Below, piece by piece: positions 57,673-64,000 of a stretch of DNA of 64,000 nt; position 1 is the stretch's first letter, and each line of letters starts with the position of its first letter. The position numbers and the translations under genes are program-made. The notes beneath the pieces are model-generated. The model made no database searches and was not told where the DNA came from. It worked only from the letters and a program-made list of their open reading frames with translations. Location: NCBI GenBank assembly GCA_963833605.1, contig CAWHYZ010000003.1, positions 71,760-135,759 of the forward strand, given 5' to 3'. The stretch comes from an uncultured Alphaproteobacteria bacterium (GTDB taxonomy: Bacteria > Pseudomonadota > Alphaproteobacteria > Rhizobiales > Xanthobacteraceae).

Positions 57673-60432
57673 CTAACGTTCCTGCTTGCGCAAAAGCAGG
57701 AGACTGATTGTGGTCAAAACCGGAACGAACGTCGCCAACGCGATCAAGTTTGCGCTGAGGTCGCCAAAGCCAAGTCCTTTGGTGAACGTGCCGACGCTGA
57801 TCGGAAGAAAATAGCTCATCGGGAAGCAGCGGCCCATGATTGCTGCGACCCCGGTCAGCGACGACACCGGGATCATCATCCCGGAGAACTGCGTTGCCGG
57901 CAGAACCGTGAGGATGGCGGTGCCGAACAACGCCGCGATCTGGGTTTTGGTGAAAGCCGAGATCAGCATGCCGTAGGCCGTCGTCGCCGTGACGTAGGCC
58001 AGCGCTCCGAGCAGCAACGCCGGGAAGCTTCCCTTGAGGGGCACCCTGAACAGGAACAATGCCATCACGAACATCACGGCAAAGTTAGTCATTGCTACCG
58101 CAATGTAGGGCAGCTGCTTGCCGAGCAGGAATTCGATACGGGTGATTGGCGTGACGTACAGGTTGGTGATCGAGCCCAGCTCTTTTTCCCGCACGATAGC
58201 GAGCGCCATCAAGATCGCCGGGAACAGCGCCAACAGAAGGGCCATGCTGGACGGAACCATGGTGTAGATGCTGACGAAATCCTGGTTGTATTTAAATCGC
58301 ACTTCGATATTGGCCAGGGGCTGCGCGCCCGGGATGGTGGTCTTGACGGCCGGATCCGTCAGATAGAGCTGATGCATTCCCGTGAGATAGCCGCGGATCG
58401 TCTCTGCGCGAAACGGCATTGCGCCATCCACCCAGGCACCAACCCAGACCGGCCGGCCACGCTTGATGTCGCGTCCGAAATTCGGCGGGATTTCAATCGC
58501 CGCCTTGATGTCTCCGCTTGCCAGCCGGTTGTTGAGATCCGCGTAGTCCGCCAGCGGTTTTCTCTCCACAAAATACGTCGATCCTCTGAGCTCTTCCAGA
58601 TAGGCGCGACTCTCAGGACTCTGATCGTAATCCAGGACTGCGAACGACAGATTGTTGACGTCGGTTGAGATGCCGAAACCAAAGACGAGCATCAACAGGG
58701 TTGTTCCGAAAAGGGCGAACCCCAGTCGGATCGGGTCACGTATCAGCTCAAGGGATTCCCGGATCGCCGTGGCGAACAGCCGCCGCATACTGAACCACGA
58801 CGTTGCAAATGCTTGCGGCCCGGCCGGCCGCGGGCTGGCGCCGCCATGCGCTGGCTGACGTGTCTGCGTCAGCACCTCGCTTCCAGGTGCCTGCGTTCCG
58901 GCCGCTTCCTCGAGATAGCTGATGAAGGCAGCTTCGAGGGTCGCGACCCCGCGCGTCCTGATCAGGGCCGCCGGCGTATCGGTTACCAGCACGCGGCCCG
59001 AATCCATGAGCGCGATCCGGTCGCAGCGCTCAGCCTCGTTCATGAAGTGGGTGGAGACGAATATGGTCACGCCTTGATTGCGCGCCAAATCAACCAGCAG
59101 TTCCCAGAATTTGTCGCGCGCCAACGGGTCTACACCGGAGGTCGGCTCGTCGAGAATGAGAATTTCCGGCTCGTGCACGATCGCGACGGCGAGCGAGAGC
59201 CGTTGCCGAATCCCCAACGGCAAATCCAGAGTGGTTTGATCGAGATAGTTCGAAAGACCAAAGCGGTTCACGAGGGCGGCAATGCGGGCTCTGGCCCTGC
59301 CGGCCGGCAGTTGGAAGAGCCGCGCGTGCAGCACAAGGTTCTGGCGCACCGTGAGTTCGGTATAAAGGGAAAACGATTGCGACATGTAGCCGACGCGCTT
59401 GCGTGCCGCGACATCGCGCGCATCGAGCGGCTGCCCGAACAGCAGCGCCTCGCCCGCGCTCGGTGGGAGCAGCCCGGTCAGCATCTTCATGGTGGTGGTC
59501 TTGCCGCAACCATTTGAGCCGACAAAGCCGAAGATTTCCCCTCGCTCGATGGTGAAGCTTACCCGGTCGACTGCGGTAAAATCGCCGAACCGGCAGGTGA
59601 GGTCGCGAGCGGTGATGACCGGCTCGGCGTCGAGGATCGGGCGCGGCGGTATATGCAGAACCTTGTGGCCGGCGCGCTGGTCGTCCGGAAGGGCCGCAAT
59701 GAAGGCATCCTCCACGGTCGATACTTCGGCGCTCTGCTTCAACTCTGCCGGGGTACCAGCCGCGAGCACTTTGCCGGCGTTCATTGCGACCAGCCAATCG
59801 AACCGCTCCGCCTCGTCCATATAGGCGGTCGCCACCACGATGCTCATGCCTTCGCGACGCGCGCGCATGCGGCCGATCAGGTCCCAGAACTGACGTCGCG
59901 ACAGGGGGTCCACGCCGGTCGTGGGCTCATCGAGAATCAAGAGATCGGGATCGTGAATGAGCGAGCAGCACAATCCGAGCTTTTGCCGCATGCCGCCGGA
60001 CAGCTTCTTTACCGGGCGGTCGGCGAAGGGTTTGAGGCCGGTGCTGTCGAGCAATTCCGCGATGCGCCATTCCCGCTCCGGACGTGACTGGCCAAACACG
60101 CGGCCAAAGAATTCAATATTTTCGCGCACGCTCAGGTCGGGATAGAGGTTCTTGCCCAAGCCCTGCGGCATGTAGGCGATGCGCGGACATATCGCCGCTC
60201 GGTGCGCCGCCTGCCTGATGTCGCCACCCAGAACCATAGCGGTGCCGGATTGAATCTGGCGGGCGCCGGCCAGAATGCTCAGCAGCGACGATTTTCCGAC
60301 ACCGTCGGGACCGATCAGCCCCGTCATGTAGCCCGAAGGAAACTCGAGACTGATTGCGTCGAGCGCGAGCGTTGCGCCATAACGCTGCGTGAGGTTGTCG
60401 AGGCGCGCGACCGGGCGCCCCAGCGGAATCAT
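57673..60432 (-). CDS. RbbA-like fused ABC protein (two ATPase domains plus an ABC-2 permease domain)
   Basis: Two Walker A motifs ([18 protein letters not shown]), two LSGG-type signatures and a C-terminal membrane domain. 919 aa. Confidence 0.9.
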   Translation of the reverse strand: MIPLGRPVARLDNLTQRYGATLALDAISLEFPSGYMTGLIGPDGVGKSSLLSILAGARQIQSGTAMVLGGDIRQAAHRAAICPRIAYMPQGLGKNLYPDLSVRENIEFFGRVFGQSRPEREWRIAELLDSTGLKPFADRPVKKLSGGMRQKLGLCCSLIHDPDLLILDEPTTGVDPLSRRQFWDLIGRMRARREGMSIVVATAYMDEAERFDWLVAMNAGKVLAAGTPAELKQSAEVSTVEDAFIAALPDDQRAGHKVLHIPPRPILDAEPVITARDLTCRFGDFTAVDRVSFTIERGEIFGFVGSNGCGKTTTMKMLTGLLPPSAGEALLFGQPLDARDVAARKRVGYMSQSFSLYTELTVRQNLVLHARLFQLPAGRARARIAALVNRFGLSNYLDQTTLDLPLGIRQRLSLAVAIVHEPEILILDEPTSGVDPLARDKFWELLVDLARNQGVTIFVSTHFMNEAERCDRIALMDSGRVLVTDTPAALIRTRGVATLEAAFISYLEEAAGTQAPGSEVLTQTRQPAHGGASPRPAGPQAFATSWFSMRRLFATAIRESLELIRDPIRLGFALFGTTLLMLVFGFGISTDVNNLSFAVLDYDQSPESRAYLEELRGSTYFVERKPLADYADLNNRLASGDIKAAIEIPPNFGRDIKRGRPVWVGAWVDGAMPFRAETIRGYLTGMHQLYLTDPAVKTTIPGAQPLANIEVRFKYNQDFVSIYTMVPSSMALLLALFPAILMALAIVREKELGSITNLYVTPITRIEFLLGKQLPYIAVAMTNFAVMFVMALFLFRVPLKGSFPALLLGALAYVTATTAYGMLISAFTKTQIAALFGTAILTVLPATQFSGMMIPVSSLTGVAAIMGRCFPMSYFLPISVGTFTKGLGFGDLSANLIALATFVPVLTTISLLLLRKQER

Positions 60433-61553
60433 GCCGGCGCCTTCCCTTGCAGTCGTTCAGGCCAGGCGACCGCCGGGTCGGTGCGGATATAGGCAATTCC
60501 GGGTAGACCGCTTCGCACCGCATCGCCACGCGCACGCAATCGCTCGGGATCAATACGAACTCGGATCCTGAACATCAGCTTGTCGCGCTCGATCTTTGTC
60601 TCGACTGTCTTGGGGGTGAACTGAGCCTGGGTGGCAACGAACGAAACCTTGGCCGGAATCGCGACATTCGGATAGGCATCGAGCACGATGCGAGCATCCG
60701 CTCCGAACTTCACACGACCTGCCTCTGCGGTCGGCAGATAGATGTCCATGTAGACATAGCTAATGTCCAGCATGGAGAAGACCTTGCCGCCGGCGGGAAG
60801 CACCTCGCCGACATTGGCGATGCGGTACTGAATGCGGCCGTCACGGGGTGCGACCAGCGTGTTATCAGCGATGTTGACGGTATAAAGCTCCACTTCGTGT
60901 GTGGCCGCATCAAGCGCATGCTCGGCTTCGATTTCTCGAGCCTGGGCAGCTCGCAGCGCCGCCTTGGCGCCATCCAGCTGCTGCTGCCGCTGGTCCAAGA
61001 CTTCCTTTGTCTGAAAACCCTTCTGCGCGAGGGCGGTGGCGCGGTCGAACTCCTGCTGCGCCAGCAAGACCTGGCTGTTGAGCTGCACGGCATTGGCGTT
61101 AGCTTCTTCGATGGCTTTGTGAGACAACTCGACCTGGGCACGTGCCTTTTTCAGCGACGCCTCGAGATCTCGCGTATCCATCCGCGCGAGCACCTGGCCG
61201 GCTTTGACCATGTCGCCTTGGTCTACGAAAATCTCGGCGATGCGGCCGGCGAACTTGGTCGCAATATCGATTTGATCCGCCTCCAAACGGCCATTGCCCC
61301 AGTAGATGCCGGGCGGCAGCTGCGACTCGGCGCTCTTCCACCAATAGAATCCGCCAGCACCACCTGCGATCACCGCAAGCAGGAGTCCGATGGCGAGCCT
61401 CCATCGCCGGTGGCGGCTGAACTTTGGCCCGAGAGGTGCTGGCAGATTGCCGCTGACCGGCGCCGGGACAGGGGCCGGAGCTTCACCGAACAAATCAGGC
61501 TCGGCGTTCGCAAGCGTCTGTTGCTTCGGTGTTTGATCGGCCTGGCGAGCCAA
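60429..61553 (-). CDS. HlyD-family membrane fusion / secretion protein
   Basis: N-terminal TM helix, long coiled coil, barrel-sandwich motifs. The stop overlaps the start of the RbbA-like gene. Confidence 0.9.
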   Translation of the reverse strand: MARQADQTPKQQTLANAEPDLFGEAPAPVPAPVSGNLPAPLGPKFSRHRRWRLAIGLLLAVIAGGAGGFYWWKSAESQLPPGIYWGNGRLEADQIDIATKFAGRIAEIFVDQGDMVKAGQVLARMDTRDLEASLKKARAQVELSHKAIEEANANAVQLNSQVLLAQQEFDRATALAQKGFQTKEVLDQRQQQLDGAKAALRAAQAREIEAEHALDAATHEVELYTVNIADNTLVAPRDGRIQYRIANVGEVLPAGGKVFSMLDISYVYMDIYLPTAEAGRVKFGADARIVLDAYPNVAIPAKVSFVATQAQFTPKTVETKIERDKLMFRIRVRIDPERLRARGDAVRSGLPGIAYIRTDPAVAWPERLQGKAPA

Positions 61554-61623
61554 TTTCGTCTCCGATTGCAGTGTCTAATGTGGCCTGTTGGGGGACCTGT
61601 TCGCAAGCCACTGCAAGAGGGCA

Positions 61624-61637
61624 TTGCGCGAAATCAA
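61624..61637. promoter_or_regulatory. FixK2-type box TTGCGCGAAATCAA
   Basis: Fits the relaxed consensus TTG(A/C)-N6-(T/G)CAA. The -41.5 geometry predicts a TSS about 36 nt upstream of the hlyD-like ATG at 61553. Confidence 0.5.
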
Positions 61638-61666
61638 TTCGGCGGCGTACGCCGCGGCGATTTGGA

Positions 61667-62062
61667 CTAGCGCTCAAACGCGCGCTGCACGCAGTCGAAC
61701 AGGCGGGTCCCCAGAAACGGCTTCTCGATCACCCAAACGCCGGCCGTCGCGGCGCGCCGACGGATGTTTTCGCTGAGATGGCCGGTTGCGAGGATGACCG
61801 GGATCGAGGCGTGCCGTTCCCGCAATCGGGCCACAAACTCCAGCCCATTCATCGCCGGCATGTTGTAATTGACAATCAGGCAACTTGAGGCCGGCAAGCT
61901 GTCCTCATTGAGCAATTCGCTAGGGTCCGCATAGACCTGCACCAGAAAGCCTTCGGCCTCGAGCGAAAATTTCAGCGAGTTTCGTACTGCGGTATCGTCG
62001 TCGAGGACGAGAATATGCCTAGGCGCCGCCGCAACCTGTTCCATTGAAGCAGAAAACATCAA
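61667..62062 (-). CDS. Single-domain (receiver-only) response regulator downstream of fixJ
   Basis: ILVLDDD...NYNMPAMNGLEF...PVILATGH...EKPF. Possible starts are TTG 62062, ATG 62059 and ATG 62044. Confidence 0.85.
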   Translation of the reverse strand: MMFSASMEQVAAAPRHILVLDDDTAVRNSLKFSLEAEGFLVQVYADPSELLNEDSLPASSCLIVNYNMPAMNGLEFVARLRERHASIPVILATGHLSENIRRRAATAGVWVIEKPFLGTRLFDCVQRAFER

Positions 62063-62082
62063 AGCGCCAGACGTGCTTTGAT
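62050..62082 (-). terminator. Terminator-like hairpin after fixJ, overlapping the next gene's FixK box and start region
   Basis: The minus strand reads ATCAAAGC-ACGTCTGGC-GCTTTGAT followed by GTTTTCTG. The 8-bp stem is modest. Confidence 0.4.
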
Positions 62083-62091
62083 TTCGCTCAA
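62078..62091. promoter_or_regulatory. FixK/FNR-type box TTGATTTCGCTCAA
   Basis: Perfect TTGA-N6-TCAA. The centre lies 40.5 nt from the A of ATG 62044 on the minus strand. Confidence 0.65.
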
Positions 62092-62128
62092 AAACAAGGC
62101 CGAATAAATCTTCGGTGCCGGAGGCCGC

Positions 62129-62731
62129 TCATGGCATCGCCAGCAATGCCATGCGAACCAGGTGGGATAGGCTCTTGGCCTGCATCTTGGTCAGGATGCT
62201 GGCGCGATGGATTTCGAGCGCACGCGGACTGATGCCAAGTTGTTGCGCAATTGCCGAATTCAGCTGTCCGGCCGTGAGGGCTGCCAGAACCTGCTGCTCA
62301 ATCGGGGAGAGTCCCGCCATCCGGTCCCTGACCGCGGTCATTTCTTCTTGGCGCGCGCCTGCGGTGTCGGTCAGCGCCGATCTCACGGCCCCGAGCAGCT
62401 CTTCGTGGTGGTAGGGCTTTTCGATGAAATCCATAGCCCCGGATTTGATCAATTCCACCGCAAGGGAAACGTCGCCCTGGCCGGTCATGATGATCATCGG
62501 CCAGTCGATGTTCTCGTCCCTGAGCCGCCGCAACAGCTCGAGCCCGGTGATCTCGGGCATCCGCACATCGGAAATGATGCAACCGGGCTCGATGCGTGCA
62601 AGCTGACCGAGGAAAGCCACCGCCGACTCATAGGCGCGCACGCGAAATCCGGCAGTGTCGAGCAGGAACGCGAGGGAATCGCGCGCAGCATCGTCGTCGT
62701 CGATCACGTGCACCACCAGCTCACGCGTCAT
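62129..62731 (-). CDS. fixJ: Two-component response regulator FixJ (receiver + LuxR-type HTH)
   Basis: [74 protein letters not shown]. Confidence 0.9.
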   Translation of the reverse strand: MTRELVVHVIDDDDAARDSLAFLLDTAGFRVRAYESAVAFLGQLARIEPGCIISDVRMPEITGLELLRRLRDENIDWPMIIMTGQGDVSLAVELIKSGAMDFIEKPYHHEELLGAVRSALTDTAGARQEEMTAVRDRMAGLSPIEQQVLAALTAGQLNSAIAQQLGISPRALEIHRASILTKMQAKSLSHLVRMALLAMP

Positions 62732-63971
62732 CGCCGAGCTCCTCGGGAGTGATCGCGCGCAGGGTGAAGCGGAAAACGGTCCCTCCGCCAGGATTGGGTT
62801 GCACCGTCATCAGGCCCCCGTGCGACTCGACGATCGTGCGCGAAATCGAGAGCCCGATTCCCATTCCCTGCCGTTTCGTGGTGACGAACGGCAGGAAAAG
62901 CCGCGGAGCGATCTCCGGCGCGATACCATGGCCGGTGTCGGCGACATCGACCGCGATCATGCCATCACCGGCCGGCGAAGTCACGATCGTCAACTCGCGG
63001 CGGTCGGAGCCTTCCAGTGCCTCGAGCGCATTGCGCAAGAGATTGAGCAAGACCTGTTGAACCTGGATCTTGTCGACCAGCACGAGGTCGATGACCGGGT
63101 CGAGCTCAAAGATGACCCGCACCGATTTCTCCTTGGCGGCGACGAGAGCAAGCGCGCTCGCTTCCTCGATAAGCTTCTTGATGCTTTCGATCCGCCGTTC
63201 GGTTTCGCCGCGCGCGACGAAGTCGCGCAGGCGCTGGATGACGTCGCCGGCTCGCACCGCCTGTTCGGCGGCCTTGTCGAGTGCGTCCAGAACCAGCGTG
63301 GCACGCTTGTCCGGGCTGTCCTGAAGTAGCCGTCGCGATCCCTGCAGATAATTGGCAATCGCCGCCAGCGGCTGGTTGAGCTCGTGTGCAAGCGTCGATG
63401 CCATTTCGCCCATGGTGCTCAGGCGCGACACGTGCAGGAGCTCCGACTGCACTTCGTGCAGGCGGCGCTCGCGCTCGTGCCGCTCGGTGAGATTGCGCAC
63501 AAAGCCGATGAACTGCCGCTTGCCTTCGAGCAGGACCTCGCCGACGAACAGCTCCATCGGAAAGGTACTGCCGTCCTTGCGCTGGCCGACCACTACCCGC
63601 GAGGTGCCGATGATGCGCCGCTCGCCAGTCATAAGGTATCGCTCGAGGTAGCCGTCATGCTCCTGCCGATAAGGCATCGGCATCAGCACGCTGACATTGC
63701 GGCCCTGAATTTCCCCGGCCGTGAAACCGAACAGCCGCTCCGCCGTGGCGCTGAACGACTGGACGAGTCCGCCCTCGTCGATGATGACCATTGCATCGGG
63801 CACGGTCTCGAGGATCGAACGGAGGTGCGCTTCGCGGCTGTTCACCTCCGCGACCAGGTCGCGGACGACGTCGAGCGCTTGCTGCGCGAGATCGCCGGTG
63901 CGGGAAGATCCCAGCTTTTCGTGCCCGGTACGTTCCGTTGCCGGATTATGGTAACGGTTTGCGGTCACCAT
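62721..63971 (-). CDS. fixL: Oxygen-sensor histidine kinase FixL (one haem-PAS domain + HisKA + HATPase)
   Basis: Haem-PAS signature [26 protein letters not shown]...[14 protein letters not shown]-box [13 protein letters not shown], and N/G boxes. An in-frame stop lies 5 codons upstream of ATG 63971, so the protein is 416 aa. Confidence 0.9.
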   Translation of the reverse strand: MVTANRYHNPATERTGHEKLGSSRTGDLAQQALDVVRDLVAEVNSREAHLRSILETVPDAMVIIDEGGLVQSFSATAERLFGFTAGEIQGRNVSVLMPMPYRQEHDGYLERYLMTGERRIIGTSRVVVGQRKDGSTFPMELFVGEVLLEGKRQFIGFVRNLTERHERERRLHEVQSELLHVSRLSTMGEMASTLAHELNQPLAAIANYLQGSRRLLQDSPDKRATLVLDALDKAAEQAVRAGDVIQRLRDFVARGETERRIESIKKLIEEASALALVAAKEKSVRVIFELDPVIDLVLVDKIQVQQVLLNLLRNALEALEGSDRRELTIVTSPAGDGMIAVDVADTGHGIAPEIAPRLFLPFVTTKRQGMGIGLSISRTIVESHGGLMTVQPNPGGGTVFRFTLRAITPEELGDDA

Positions 63972-64000
63972 GCTGTTTCCCGCCTACGGGTACAGTGGGC

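Overview
A GC-rich alphaproteobacterial chromosome segment. It looks Bradyrhizobiaceae-like, judged from FixL/FixJ/FixK, PhaR/PhaA/PhaB and the repeat families; this is my inference and no search was run. All product names come from motif recognition by eye.

Positions 1-34 kb are mostly housekeeping and accessory metabolism:
- hyuA/hyuB plus a PrpD-like gene
- small stress and membrane proteins
- an epimerase and exoD
- an aromatic-type cluster: FAD monooxygenase, AraC regulator, LigB-type dioxygenase
- mtgA, rpmF and phaR-phaA-phaB
- gloB and the DUF4167-prmC-prfA block
- an outer-membrane barrel / FecR-domain pair
- an orphan LivK-like binding protein and a Pat-like acetyl-CoA synthetase/GNAT fusion

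Positions 34-64 kb read as one low-oxygen (FixLJ-FixK) island:
- fixL-fixJ plus a single-domain response regulator at the right edge, and fixK at 47.9 kb
- six perfect and three near-perfect TTGA-N6-TCAA boxes, all of them intergenic
- target genes: ChaB, DUF3775, a Prs-like gene, an APH-like kinase, a PRTase, a USP, three CBS or CBS-BON proteins, a DUF1457-type PAS protein, an SbmA-like transporter, a GH4-GH1-PfkB operon, an MlaD-like protein, three small cytochromes c, a hemerythrin-tailed P1B-type ATPase, two convergent PHA synthases and a HlyD-RbbA-YhhJ exporter

Other points:
- Five well-conserved genes (hyuA, phaA, pat-like, pfkB, GH1 beta-glucosidase) each carry an apparent +1-nt frameshift. 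Four sit at a short A/T doublet; the fifth (GH1) lies next to AA, TT and CCCC runs. This looks more like systematic sequence error than decay, but it must be checked.
- Three families of palindromic extragenic repeats are present.
- I saw no rRNA, tRNA, CRISPR array, transposase, integrase or prophage genes.
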